DNA of 54,267 nt, taken from positions 1-54,267 of the IMG/VR virus record IMGVR_UViG_3300022181_000119; one strand, 5' to 3'. The DNA is from a virus. Its lineage: Duplodnaviria; Caudoviricetes. This document shows positions 37,237 to 46,436 of the stretch, piece by piece (the first letter of the stretch is position 1; each line of letters begins with the position of its first letter). Under the pieces are notes generated by a model. That model saw nothing but the letters and a program-made list of their open reading frames with translations. It was not told the DNA's origin and ran no database searches. The position numbers were made by a program, and so were the translations under genes.

Positions 37237-37458
37237 TTATCCAGGAGATACACAGTCTCCCTTTCTGAAGTCTTCGACTGTTTCAAGTATGGCTTTCGCA
37301 AACTTTTCAGTACATTCAAGCGAGCAGAACACCAACGACACCCGACTATGTTCTAGTTCTCCTTCAGAGTTGCGGTATATGGCATGAGCGGGAATGGTCG
37401 TCGCCCCGACATCCTTCCAGTCCATTTCTTTGTCGCACTGTGGACATTTAGTCTTCAT
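37237..37458 (-). CDS. Small zinc-binding protein
   Basis: CPQC and FCSLEC. Confidence 0.6.
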   Translation of the reverse strand: MKTKCPQCDKEMDWKDVGATTIPAHAIYRNSEGELEHSRVSLVFCSLECTEKFAKAILETVEDFRKGDCVSPG

Positions 37459-37689
37459 TCACTCACCCCCTTTCGCAGGTGTAGTAACTCCAACCTCGAT
37501 TTTTGTCATGCACTCGTTGCATATGAGGATGATCCTGTTCTTGTCTGTATCAAACCTTGTGACACGAAGAGATCTCCGGCCACATACGGTGCAAGGCGGA
37601 TATAATGGGACTTTCGGCCTTGAAATCATCTCGATCATTCCGGACTTTCTGGCCGTTTCATCGCTGTCGAGAAGCTGCTGTGTCATCAA
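37459..37689 (-). CDS. Small zinc-ribbon protein
   Basis: CTVC and CNEC. Confidence 0.55.
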   Translation of the reverse strand: MMTQQLLDSDETARKSGMIEMISRPKVPLYPPCTVCGRRSLRVTRFDTDKNRIILICNECMTKIEVGVTTPAKGGE

Positions 37690-37838
37690 TCAGTGACCTC
37701 TATGTCCTTCTCTCGCTTCTCGCCCGCTTTTCCAAGCTCACGTTGCCTCTGGACCTGATTCGCAAAGGCCCTCGCCAGCTTCTCTACCAGCTTTCTCTCG
37801 TTCTCGCCGTCGCTGTTGTCTATTTCAAACGTGATCTT
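37686..37838 (-). CDS. Hypothetical protein (MKITFEID...)
   Basis: GAGGAG RBS; ATGA overlap with the next gene. Confidence 0.45.
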   Translation of the reverse strand, partial: KITFEIDNSDGENERKLVEKLARAFANQVQRQRELGKAGEKREKDIEVTD

Positions 37839-38217
37839 CATTCTCTCCGCTCCTCTCGATATAGATTTCAGTCCTGGGATTCTCCCTGTCATAGAGTACC
37901 CGTGAACCGTCAACACTCACCACGATGTTGTGCTTATCATCTTTGATAACCCCGTACTTGACCAGAACATCTTGAATCGCTTCGAGACAGTTGGAAAGAT
38001 CGACTCCCCGCCTGTCTTTGCGGTAGAAGAGGCATTTCAGGTTTATGGGGTAGTTTATTGGGTCTTTCCAATTACCCAAGAAAACCCCACAATCTTTCTC
38101 GTACTGCTTGTAAGTCTCCGACTGAATGATGAGAGGTTTCCCGGTAGCCCTGTTCTTGATGATTCACTGGCTGTTCTTCTTCGTGATGGGATTCAGGGGA
38201 ATGGTTATATTAAGCAT
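37825..38217 (-). pseudogene. rusA: RusA Holliday junction resolvase interrupted by an in-frame TGA at codon 18
   Basis: MLNITIPLNPITKKNSQ*IIKN...VDLSNCLEAIQDVL..IKDD...ENPRTEI; TGA at 38166-38164. Confidence 0.8.
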
Positions 38218-38292
38218 CGGCATTGCTCCTCAGAAAGCCCGAGGCTGTATAGGCAGCCCCGGGAAATGTTCCTAGCACTGGCAAAGTCTATG

Positions 38293-38315
38293 AAAAAAGG
38301 CCGCCTCAGCAGCCT
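38293..38315 (-). terminator. Intrinsic terminator upstream of the late region
   Basis: AGGCTGC-TGAG-GCGGCCT followed by TTTTT. Confidence 0.6.
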
Positions 38316-38410
38316 CTCTTCGTTTCCTGTATGCGTTTCCGCAATCATATACTTGATTCTACCCCGTGCCGCATTGAGAAGGTATTAACATATAGTTAAT
38401 TATCTCTGAA

Positions 38411-38794
38411 TTAACTCACGTTAACCGTGTCTTCCCAGTCTGCTTCTTCCCATTCCAGCCGTAGCTTGACTAACAATCTCCTGGATATATCCGACCTCTC
38501 CTCCCTGTACCCGTAAGCTTTGTGCCTTGCTCGCTCGTGATTGTAGCCTCGCCTGAGATACTTCCAGTATTGCCGGTCAGTCCAGGGGAGAAGCTGAATA
38601 CAATGTTCGACAAAGCACATCACGTAGGCGTATCTCAGCTCGCTTTCCGTGTCTCGTTTTCGTCCGTGACCCGGGTTTTTCGAGGCTGCCGGGAACGGGA
38701 GGAATCTCTCTTCGTTCTTTCGCCAGTCTCTGACGAATCGCCAGAGTCGGTCGGAGTCTTCGAGAAGTCCCTGGATGATTCCGATTGCGTCCAT
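38411..38794 (-). CDS. Possible late transcriptional regulator
   Basis: Last early gene before an AT-rich promoter-like gap; helical C-terminus; no firm motif. Confidence 0.4.
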   Translation of the reverse strand: MDAIGIIQGLLEDSDRLWRFVRDWRKNEERFLPFPAASKNPGHGRKRDTESELRYAYVMCFVEHCIQLLPWTDRQYWKYLRRGYNHERARHKAYGYREERSDISRRLLVKLRLEWEEADWEDTVNVS

Positions 38795-38955
38795 CTTTCC
38801 CCCTCCTGCTGGTCTTCTCCAGCTATCGAGAGTAATGAATACCAGAACATGATCGCGGCTGTGAGGATCGCGAGAACGACCGCCAGAAACACAGGCATAC
38901 TGTGAAGCAATAGATACCAGCCTAGAAGCGCAAGGGCGAATAATAAGCGTTTCAT
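38635..38955 (-). CDS. Small membrane protein
   Basis: GGAGGTG RBS, two hydrophobic segments; tail overlaps the next gene. Confidence 0.5.
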   Translation of the reverse strand: MKRLLFALALLGWYLLLHSMPVFLAVVLAILTAAIMFWYSLLSIAGEDQQEGERWTQSESSRDFSKTPTDSGDSSETGERTKRDSSRSRQPRKTRVTDENETRKAS

Positions 38956-38967
38956 GCGATCACCTCC

Positions 38968-39399
38968 CTAGAACGGGATCTCGTCGCTCTGACCAGCGTC
39001 GTCACTGCCGAAGAAAGCGGTGTCGTCGTTCGGTTCATTGCGGCTCATGGTCGAGCCATGATTCGAGCCGTTGGTCTGGGCCTTCGTTTCCATGAACTTC
39101 ACGCGAGAAGCCACGACCTCGGCCATCTGTCTCTTCTCACCGTCTTTCTCCCACTTGTTGATCCTGAGCTGGCCTTCGACTAGAACCAACCGGCCTTTCG
39201 TCATGTATTGAGCGACGAATTCGGCTGTCTTTCCGAAAGTGCTTATCTTGATGAAGTCGGCCTCGTTGCTGTCTTTTGGATAGTCCCTATCGACTGCCAG
39301 AGAGAACGACGTTACCTGCGTTCCGCTCGTTGCGAACTTTGTCTCGGGATCTCGGGTGAGTCTGCCGACCAGGATGATCTTGTTGAAGGATATGCTCAT
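38968..39399 (-). CDS. ssb: Single-stranded DNA-binding protein
   Basis: FNKIILVGRLTRDPE, KGRLVLVEGQL, C-terminal DEIPF. Confidence 0.95.
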   Translation of the reverse strand: MSISFNKIILVGRLTRDPETKFATSGTQVTSFSLAVDRDYPKDSNEADFIKISTFGKTAEFVAQYMTKGRLVLVEGQLRINKWEKDGEKRQMAEVVASRVKFMETKAQTNGSNHGSTMSRNEPNDDTAFFGSDDAGQSDEIPF

Positions 39400-39560
39400 T
39401 CCCCCTCCCCCTTCCTGACTCCCCAGACATAGAAGCCCTCTGCCTTCAGATTCTTCAGGGCTATCGTCATCGCGTCGGTCACGCTCTGGGCATCTACCGG
39501 GTACTCTTTATCTTCGACCTTTCCTTTCGACTTCCTCTTGAGCATCACGATATAGTTCAC

Positions 39561-39806
39561 TCACTCCACCTCCACGAATTTCTTGATGATCTTCTCGATC
39601 TTGCGGGTGTCGGGGAACAGCTCTTTGTAAGGTGCTCCGAACGCCCTGGCGAATCTCGCGGCCTGTTTGTAAGTAACCCTCTTCATCTGACCTTCGAGAA
39701 TCTCGACGATCCATTCCTTTCTAATCTTGAGCCTTGCGAGTTCTTTGAAGGTCAGGCCGGATTCAAGAAACACCCTACGAAAGACAGTCTGATTGACTTT
39801 TTCCAT
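39561..39806 (-). CDS. Small XRE-like HTH protein
   Basis: SGLTFKELA...AARFARAFGAPYKELF. Confidence 0.6.
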   Translation of the reverse strand: MEKVNQTVFRRVFLESGLTFKELARLKIRKEWIVEILEGQMKRVTYKQAARFARAFGAPYKELFPDTRKIEKIIKKFVEVE

Positions 39807-39933
39807 CGCATTCCTCCGAGTTCCGGTTCAGATCTGTCGAGAGAAAGTACCCGCAGTTCTGGCAGTTCCAGTCGTCTTGCTCGGCACAACTGAACCAGGT
39901 TTTCCCACAGAGAGGGCAGGTCCGCTTAACCAT
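39775..39933 (-). CDS. 52-aa zinc-ribbon protein (not in the ORF track)
   Basis: MVKRTCPLCGKTWFS..WNCQNCG with GGAGG RBS. Confidence 0.55.
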   Translation of the reverse strand: MVKRTCPLCGKTWFSCAEQDDWNCQNCGYFLSTDLNRNSEECDGKSQSDCLS

Positions 39934-40111
39934 TCGGGATCTCCTCCGGTTTCAACGGTCTGGCCTCTACAACGTCCCAGAACTTGGAGGCCAGAACCCC
40001 GGCCTTGTCTATCGCCGCTTGAGAACTGGCGGCTTTAACCTCCATCCGTAACCTGCCGAATTCTTTGACCTTGCAGCCGAAAGTGACTTCATACCAGCTT
40101 TCCAAGAGCAT
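39926..40111 (-). CDS. Hypothetical protein
   Basis: GGAGG RBS before MLLES. Confidence 0.5.
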   Translation of the reverse strand: MLLESWYEVTFGCKVKEFGRLRMEVKAASSQAAIDKAGVLASKFWDVVEARPLKPEEIPNG

Positions 40112-40472
40112 TTCTATCCCTCCCTTTCTTCCAGACTGGTTCATATTCGGGAACAACGATACCCAGAGACTGCTCAAGCCACTGGGCGACGATGACTCTA
40201 TGCGAGAACTCCCCGGCTGGTTCGTAAGCTAGAAGGATAGCGTCCTCCCCGAGATCCGCATAGACCTTGTGCGGATCGAGCCTGGTGAGCGTCTCTTCCA
40301 GGAATCTCTCGGTGAAATAGATTCGATCGTGGTTCTGTATCCAGTGCCTCATGAGATCCACTGAAGGGGCAAGGTCTGGATAGACCCTGCCCGTGAAGTA
40401 TTTAGGGGTGTAAGTAACTATCGACACAGCCTGAGGAAGTCTGGCGGACCGTGCAAAGTAGGAAGTTTTCAA
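40089..40472 (-). CDS. DUF488-family protein lacking the usual cysteines
   Basis: MKTSYF, YPDLAPS, LDP..V, AILLAYEPAGEFSHRVIVAQWL. Confidence 0.7.
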   Translation of the reverse strand: MKTSYFARSARLPQAVSIVTYTPKYFTGRVYPDLAPSVDLMRHWIQNHDRIYFTERFLEETLTRLDPHKVYADLGEDAILLAYEPAGEFSHRVIVAQWLEQSLGIVVPEYEPVWKKGRDRNALGKLV

Positions 40473-40978
40473 GTTCTCGCCTCCTCGACACTCAAATTCA
40501 ATTCGGCCTTGAGCCTGACAATCTCTCCGAACCTTTCATTGAAGCGGCCAAATAGCTCGTTGAATTGATCGGTTAGCTTCTCAAGTTCTACTCTCAATTC
40601 CGGGAGAGCTTTCTTGAACTCATCGAGAAGAGGGACTTCGATGTTGACCGCGACAGCCGGAATCTTCTTGCCGATTTCCTTTGTGTATGCTTCATTGAAT
40701 GCTTTGTAGGCCTCCTTGCACTCTTCAGGAAGCGTCCTGATGACATAACGAAGTGAAGCTGCTAGTTCTATGGCGGTCTTCGTGAGATCGTCCATTGGTT
40801 TGTTTCCTTCTCTCTTCAGACTCTTCACCTCTTCCAGGAGAGGCTTAATCGATTGAAAAAGGATATATTCGGCCATGCCGAGATTGTCTTGCTCGTTCTG
40901 GCTGTGCTTTTCTCTGGCCGACAGATTCTCATAAAGCACTAGAATTGCCGACAGATCCCGAATTTCTTGATCGTTCAT
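40469..40978 (-). CDS. Hypothetical helical protein
   Basis: 169-aa ORF in the operon. Confidence 0.6.
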   Translation of the reverse strand: MNDQEIRDLSAILVLYENLSAREKHSQNEQDNLGMAEYILFQSIKPLLEEVKSLKREGNKPMDDLTKTAIELAASLRYVIRTLPEECKEAYKAFNEAYTKEIGKKIPAVAVNIEVPLLDEFKKALPELRVELEKLTDQFNELFGRFNERFGEIVRLKAELNLSVEEART

Positions 40979-40980
40979 CG

Positions 40981-41277
40981 CTATCCCTCCCTTCCCTTGC
41001 TCGCTTCGTTTTTAAGCTCAAACATATATTCGAAAGCAGCTTGCTTGTAAACACGGAAACACGAGCCGAATGGGGCAATGTAATCTCCGATCACAGCTAC
41101 TTCTGTACCTCCGCCACAGACAGGAAGTTCAACAAAAGAGTTGTCGCAACCCTCACCAAATGTCAAAGGCACGCCGTTATCTAAAAGCGTTTTGACCAGC
41201 TCGTCATATGTTTCTTCTTTCAGTTGAAAAGCCATGACCGTTTCTTTCTCTTTCGCTATGTATGTCTTTGCCTCCAT
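40981..41277 (-). CDS. Hypothetical phage protein
   Basis: KTYIAK..VMAFQ ... IGDYI...FRVYK..FEYMFE pattern seen in small phage proteins. Confidence 0.6.
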   Translation of the reverse strand: MEAKTYIAKEKETVMAFQLKEETYDELVKTLLDNGVPLTFGEGCDNSFVELPVCGGGTEVAVIGDYIAPFGSCFRVYKQAAFEYMFELKNEASKGREG

Positions 41278-41280
41278 GTT

Positions 41281-41796
41281 TCAGCCTCCCTCCTTTCCTC
41301 TTTTGATACTAGCTTCACTTGAGAACCCATTCGGGTATCTCTTCTCCAGCTTCTCGACGTTCCCCTGGGCGATATCCTGGAGATTGATATTGAACAGAGA
41401 AGCCACAGCGGAGACGTACCAGAGAATGTCTCCGAGTTCGCTTTTGAGTCTGTTGGAATCGACCTCGTGGCCGTGGTAGAAAAACTTTTTCAGAAGATCG
41501 ACGACCTCTCCGACCTCGCCCACCAACCCAAAGACGTAGTTGTTTAGCTGGTCTTTCGGCGAAAGCGAGGTGTTCATCGTCCGCTTGGACTTCTCCTGAT
41601 ACACGAAGAAGCTGAGTTTCTGAGCGTTGAAAGCCTGGATGGCCAGCTCGTGTTCTTTCTGCTGACCGTGCCGCCAGTAGTCGATAGCGATGAAGAGATC
41701 TTCGATGTCTATCCTGTCGATCTCCTTTCCTGCGTCGAAAACCGTGCGGATCTCGTCAACCACGTTGGGGTTGAAACCCTGGATCTTGTCGCTCAT
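41281..41796 (-). CDS. MazG-like nucleotide pyrophosphohydrolase
   Basis: GLVGEVGEVVDLLKK, ELGDILWY, NVEKLEKRYPNGF. Confidence 0.9.
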   Translation of the reverse strand: MSDKIQGFNPNVVDEIRTVFDAGKEIDRIDIEDLFIAIDYWRHGQQKEHELAIQAFNAQKLSFFVYQEKSKRTMNTSLSPKDQLNNYVFGLVGEVGEVVDLLKKFFYHGHEVDSNRLKSELGDILWYVSAVASLFNINLQDIAQGNVEKLEKRYPNGFSSEASIKRGKEGG

Positions 41797-42065
41797 TCCA
41801 CGGCCTCCTCAACACCTTGATACACACCGGCTTTGGTGTACTTCACGTCGAACACGCCGTCTTCGTCGGCGTATTTTACGAGTCTATCTCCAACCCACAG
41901 CTCGACTTTAGATGCTGCGAGCCAGCCGGTTTGCGAATGTGCCGCTACCCTCTCGTGGAATACTCTCAACGCATCGGCTATGTCACCGGTGATGTATAGG
42001 GAAGGGTCTTTTGGATCGTGACGTATGACTTTTACTGTGATGTCTTCAGTCATCAATAACATCAA
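41793..42065 (-). CDS. Hypothetical protein
   Basis: ORF in the operon. Confidence 0.5.
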   Translation of the reverse strand: MMLLMTEDITVKVIRHDPKDPSLYITGDIADALRVFHERVAAHSQTGWLAASKVELWVGDRLVKYADEDGVFDVKYTKAGVYQGVEEAVE

Positions 42066-42447
42066 TAAGCTCCTTTTTCAATTCTGGATTCTCGTAGATG
42101 TTGCCAATGACCGTTAGTGATTTATAGTCAGCAAGAACATAAGGTATGTCGCCGTAGTAACCCACTTGGAAAGCTCCATCTTTCCAATGCACCAGCGAAG
42201 CCCCACCACTGTCTGGAATAACTACGTCGCCCTCGTAAATCTCTTTGCCGTTGATGTCGATTATCCCCGTGAATTGCATGAGTTCATATAGATCAGATGA
42301 CAAATACCAGTATTCCATGCTGCGTGTAGGTGTTTTTGGTGTTCCGATGCACCTGACCCCGCCGTTTTCGCTAACACCTACCGAGAACACATCTAGCATT
42401 TCTTTTATATCCTTAATCCACACTCTGAATTTCAGTCTTTTCATCAT
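42046..42447 (-). CDS. YopX-family protein
   Basis: LKFRVW, LMQFTG..DINGKEIYEGDVV, VIGNIYENPEL. Confidence 0.9.
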   Translation of the reverse strand: MMKRLKFRVWIKDIKEMLDVFSVGVSENGGVRCIGTPKTPTRSMEYWYLSSDLYELMQFTGIIDINGKEIYEGDVVIPDSGGASLVHWKDGAFQVGYYGDIPYVLADYKSLTVIGNIYENPELKKELIDVIDD

Positions 42448-42456
42448 CTGCCCTCC

Positions 42457-43098
42457 TTACCCCGACGCTTTCACTTTCAGGAATTGAAACTCGATGTCCT
42501 CCGAGTCTTTCCCGACTTCCTCCGCCAGTTTCACGGCGCGCTTCCTCAAGTCTTCAAGCTCAAGGAACCTTTCGTTCACCTTGCCGATGAACGAATCAAT
42601 CGTGTTCTGGAACTGCCGTAGGTTCTCAATCTGGGCCTTCACGAGTTTCGAGTACTCCGCCACCTTCTCTATCCCGGTAAAGTGTTTATCGATTCTCTCG
42701 ATCTTCTCGACCGAGACTCCTAGAATACGGCTCAGAGGTTCAAGTTTTTCATCCACCGGTTCGATTTCTGAAAGCTCTACTTTCAGCTCGGCTTTTTTGA
42801 GAGGCTTCGTATTCTCCCCCTCCCGCCACAGCAACCTGTCGATCTCCGCCTTCTTCTCGAAGATGTTCAAAGGTATGCCGTGGAACTCGTCGGAGTAGAA
42901 GAAGTCCGGCGAGACTCCGAACAAGTCGGCCAATTTCTCCAGCTTCTCATCTCTCGGGGCGCAGTTTCCCAACTCCCAGAGGCCCGGCAAGGCTTTAGAA
43001 ACACCAAGCATAAACGCGAGATTCTCTTGAGTGATCTCTACTGCCTTTCTCAGTTCTTTCAATCGCTCTCTGTGAAACTTTCTATTCTCACTCTTCAT
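42457..43098 (-). CDS. XRE-family HTH protein with coiled-coil tail
   Basis: RLKELRK..ITQENLA..LGVS..WELG..KLADLFGVS. Confidence 0.8.
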   Translation of the reverse strand: MKSENRKFHRERLKELRKAVEITQENLAFMLGVSKALPGLWELGNCAPRDEKLEKLADLFGVSPDFFYSDEFHGIPLNIFEKKAEIDRLLWREGENTKPLKKAELKVELSEIEPVDEKLEPLSRILGVSVEKIERIDKHFTGIEKVAEYSKLVKAQIENLRQFQNTIDSFIGKVNERFLELEDLRKRAVKLAEEVGKDSEDIEFQFLKVKASG

Positions 43099-43116
43099 CC
43101 CTCACCCTCCTTATTT

Positions 43117-43809
43117 TCACATTCCATTTCCCTTCAAATTCGTTCTAGAAGAGGGGTACAAATGCAATCTTCTATCTTCGTTACGGACTTCAACGCCTTG
43201 AATAAGTCCCATTCTGGCGTAATAAACTGCTGCGTGAGCCGCATCTTTCCCGTAAGGATAGAATCTAGACCTTATTCGTTTAGCCATTTCTACTGGCGTT
43301 ATTCCGGGGTGTCTCTTTACAATATCTGTTACTTCCTTGCAGAAACCCTTGAATGGTGTCCAACGCTCCCCGGCGACGCAACCAGCTTGATTATTCTTAA
43401 GTCTAGGGTCGAGACTATTGAGCAACTTTTTGAGATGCTTTTCTGGTACGTGCCTGTTTACTTTCGGGCTTTTCTTTATAGTCACGGAAGAGGAATGATC
43501 AATGTTTGCAAATAATACGCCTATCCCATAGTTATCAAGAATCTCGTTGACCAGAAATGAGTTAACTGATGACTTTGACGATGGTGTTGGTATGCAAATA
43601 GACACGTAGTGCGCCCATTTCAGGCGTTTAATGGCCTGTTCCAATAATTGAATGGATAGGCTCTTCTTCAATTCAACTATCCAAATCTTTCTACCCATAA
43701 CACCCAAAATATCTGCTACGCCAGCGCCGCAAGACACTTCCTGATACACGTCCCAATGAAAAGATTCAAGATAATCTATGATTGGTTTAGCAAGGTCGGT
43801 TTCAGTCAC
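43117..43809 (-). CDS. PD-(D/E)XK nuclease-like protein (MmcB-like)
   Basis: VYQEV, ADILG, IVELKKSLS..LLEQA; GTG start overlapping the upstream stop. Confidence 0.65.
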   Translation of the reverse strand: MTETDLAKPIIDYLESFHWDVYQEVSCGAGVADILGVMGRKIWIVELKKSLSIQLLEQAIKRLKWAHYVSICIPTPSSKSSVNSFLVNEILDNYGIGVLFANIDHSSSVTIKKSPKVNRHVPEKHLKKLLNSLDPRLKNNQAGCVAGERWTPFKGFCKEVTDIVKRHPGITPVEMAKRIRSRFYPYGKDAAHAAVYYARMGLIQGVEVRNEDRRLHLYPSSRTNLKGNGM

Positions 43810-43991
43810 CCTCCCCTCACCCTCCTTATCTGATACCTTTTCACCCACTTCCTGTCGCTCAGAAAGTATTCGTACCCCTTCCCGTTGTGCCTGAAGTTCA
43901 GAACCGTACACTTCTGGCCGTTGTGGATCACTTTCGTTCCGCGCTTCAAGAGTTTCGAGTCTTCTATTGCTTGCAGTTCTGGATTCTCCAT
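43806..43991 (-). CDS. Hypothetical protein
   Basis: 61 aa, GAGGAG RBS. Confidence 0.5.
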   Translation of the reverse strand: MENPELQAIEDSKLLKRGTKVIHNGQKCTVLNFRHNGKGYEYFLSDRKWVKRYQIRRVRGG

Positions 43992-44001
43992 AGTCGTCTC
44001 C

Positions 44002-44340
44002 TCACCTCAGAAACGGGCTCAGAAAGGCCCGTATTTCTTCTAGCGTCCACTTCTTGTATCTCTCTTGAGAATCAAGAGCTTTCAGAACCCCGCCGTAATC
44101 GAAACTCTCTTTGGGCATGACGTAGTTGAACCCGCCCTGGTCCGGGTAAAAATCCTCTCCGGCTCTGATCGAAAGAGCCTTCCCTTTCTTGGCGGAGTCC
44201 ACAACCCCCAGATAATAGATCTCCTCTGTGACATCTACCAGTTCGGTCTTTCCTTCCGAGCTTTCCTTGAACTCCCGGACAATTCTGAAAGCTGCCACGT
44301 CTCCGACCCTCGATTTCGCGCCGGTTCGCCTGGGTTTCAT
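44002..44340 (-). CDS. Hypothetical protein
   Basis: GGAGGTG RBS before MKPRR. Confidence 0.55.
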   Translation of the reverse strand: MKPRRTGAKSRVGDVAAFRIVREFKESSEGKTELVDVTEEIYYLGVVDSAKKGKALSIRAGEDFYPDQGGFNYVMPKESFDYGGVLKALDSQERYKKWTLEEIRAFLSPFLR

Positions 44341-44344
44341 CAGT

Positions 44345-45634
44345 TCACCTCCTGTCCTCAATAGTCTGTCGATTCAAATCGTAGTCAAGAACCACCGAGC
44401 CGGTCGAGCCGTTTCTTTGTTTCGCCACAATCACATCTAGTTTCTTCTCGTCCTTGCTCACGTTCTCGTCGGCTGGCTTGCTGGCCGCCTGCCTTGCCAG
44501 CTCCTTCTTCATGCCGTAGTACCAGGGACGATAGAGGAACATCACGAGATCCGCGTCTTGCTCGATGTTCCCGGACTCTCGAAGGTTCGCAAGCGACGGC
44601 ATTGCGGCTTCGTTCTTTTCCGTCTCCCGGTTCAATTGAGCCCCGGTGATGATCGGGACATTCAGCTCCATCGCCACGCGTTTCAGAGCCCTGGTAATTT
44701 CTCCTATCTCCTGATCTCTATTCTTCCCTTTCCCCGCCATGAGTTGCAGGTAATCAATCACAAAGACCTCTATCCCTTTCGTGACACGAAGGTTCTTGAT
44801 CGTTGAAACAACTTCCTGAAGATCGTTCCTTCCAGAGTCCACAATGAACAGGGGCAGGGAAATGACATCGGAGAAGGCTTTCTGGAGTCTCGCCCTCTCG
44901 CTTGAATGGTAGTCGTCTCCAAAAAACTTAACGTTCTTGGAGAGTGAAAACTCGAAGTGCCTCTCACACATCCTCAGCAAAAGCTCCATCGCTTTCATCT
45001 CAATCGAGATCAGGCAGACCCTTCTTTCTTTTTGAGCCCATTTCAAAGCAGCATTCATCATAAAGGCGGATTTCCCCATTGAGGGCCTTCCTGCCACCAC
45101 AACAAGTTCCCCTCCCCATAGTCCGTTCGCCAGCTCTTCGACATTCAACCAGGGCCAGTCGAGAGCCTTCCTCTTTCCGGACCAGACGAGTTCAAGAATG
45201 TCCCACGTGTCGTGAGCGATCTTCTTCAAGTCTTTCGCCTCGTTCTGGGTGATTAACTTCTCCTGGAATGCCCATGCTTCGTCGAGAGCATCCTGAACGC
45301 TTATATTTCTTGCAACAAGTCTCTTGGCTATATCCGTGAGCTGATTCCCTAGCTTGACCCTCAAGGATTCGTGGTAATAGTCCCTAATTATCCTCGCGGC
45401 CATCTCTTCGTTGAAGACCCCGTAGTCCATCCACTTGAAGTCTTTGATAGAGGTTTCCCGGGCGATGTGCATCAACATCTCTTCAGCCGAAGCGTCTATG
45501 TGTTTGTTAATGCAATTGAAGATCTCTCGAGCTTCCTGGCCGATCAATCCCCTGGGGTCGATCAGAGAGATCGTGTAGCGGACCTCGGGGCAGTATATAA
45601 GTGAAGCAAGTATGGTTGCGTCGTCAATGTGCAT
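44345..45634 (-). CDS. dnaB: Replicative DnaB-like helicase
   Basis: AGRPSMGKS, SIEM, IDYLQLM, AQLNR, LRESGNIEQDAD, AKQRNG. Confidence 0.95.
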   Translation of the reverse strand: MHIDDATILASLIYCPEVRYTISLIDPRGLIGQEAREIFNCINKHIDASAEEMLMHIARETSIKDFKWMDYGVFNEEMAARIIRDYYHESLRVKLGNQLTDIAKRLVARNISVQDALDEAWAFQEKLITQNEAKDLKKIAHDTWDILELVWSGKRKALDWPWLNVEELANGLWGGELVVVAGRPSMGKSAFMMNAALKWAQKERRVCLISIEMKAMELLLRMCERHFEFSLSKNVKFFGDDYHSSERARLQKAFSDVISLPLFIVDSGRNDLQEVVSTIKNLRVTKGIEVFVIDYLQLMAGKGKNRDQEIGEITRALKRVAMELNVPIITGAQLNRETEKNEAAMPSLANLRESGNIEQDADLVMFLYRPWYYGMKKELARQAASKPADENVSKDEKKLDVIVAKQRNGSTGSVVLDYDLNRQTIEDRR

Positions 45635-46427
45635 CCATTATCACCCTCTCGAATTCTCGGGCCGCCTTTGCGGCTTCAGTTTTTTGAACTGCGCTCAAGT
45701 ATTGCTGATACTGTGCCCTCTTCTCGAAAGCCTGTTCGTTATCCATAAAGAAGCTGTTCAGGTAAGCGATGGGGCTTTTGACCTTCGACAAATCCGTAGT
45801 CTTGATAAGCCAGAGAAGAAACGGATAATCTGAAGTATCTCTTTGAGCTATGATGACAGGAACAATTCTGTCGGGTTCTTTGACTTGATCGCGCAAGGCT
45901 TTGTCGATTAGTTTGATGTAGTTTGGTTTTGCGTCATTTTGTGGATCGTTTTTTGGAGGAGCGTGCTCTTTAAGATCTTGTCTTAAGATCTTAAGTCTTA
46001 GAGGCCCTTCAGATTCGCTTGAATTGTCGGGTTTTGGAAGGCGATCACTTTGATCATCACTTTGATTACCACTTTGATTCTGACTTTGATTATCAAAGTG
46101 ATTAGATTCATTACTTTGATTATCAAAGTGATTATCGGTTTGATCATCCAATTTATTTTCTTCTGGAAACCAGAAAGAAGAAGTCTTGCTCGTCTTGTAA
46201 TAGGTGATCATGTTTCGAGACTTGAGATCGCTTATCGCACGCCCGAGAGTATCCGATGATATTCCTAGCGTCTTCTGAAGGTAGTTCCAGGAGACCACTA
46301 TTGGACTCTTCCAAAAGGCTTTATTTGCTTCGTGAATCAACCGAAAGTACAAATAGAATGCGCCTTTATTGAAAGCTGCCCTTTCGTGTTCCCTCCAGAA
46401 TCTTCCCTCAAGATCCCATATGTTCAT
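45624..46427 (-). CDS. Phage replication initiator (N-terminal wHTH, iteron-encoded linker)
   Basis: wHTH LGISSDTLGRAISDLKSRNMI; DNQS-repeat linker; coupled to dnaB. Confidence 0.75.
   Translation of the reverse strand: MNIWDLEGRFWREHERAAFNKGAFYLYFRLIHEANKAFWKSPIVVSWNYLQKTLGISSDTLGRAISDLKSRNMITYYKTSKTSSFWFPEENKLDDQTDNHFDNQSNESNHFDNQSQNQSGNQSDDQSDRLPKPDNSSESEGPLRLKILRQDLKEHAPPKNDPQNDAKPNYIKLIDKALRDQVKEPDRIVPVIIAQRDTSDYPFLLWLIKTTDLSKVKSPIAYLNSFFMDNEQAFEKRAQYQQYLSAVQKTEAAKAAREFERVIMDAH
46047..46129. repeat. Iterons of the probable replication origin
   Basis: ACTTTGAT at 46047, 46059, 46071, 46083 (12-bp period) and 46113; inverted copies at 46092 and 46122. Confidence 0.85.
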
Positions 46428-46436
46428 GTGCTCACC

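Noticed and set aside
36526-38217. Stop-codon reassignment suggested by in-frame stops in rusA and after the HTH
   Set aside because: TGA and TAG end many intact genes here (including ATGA overlaps), and the tRNA is not a suppressor
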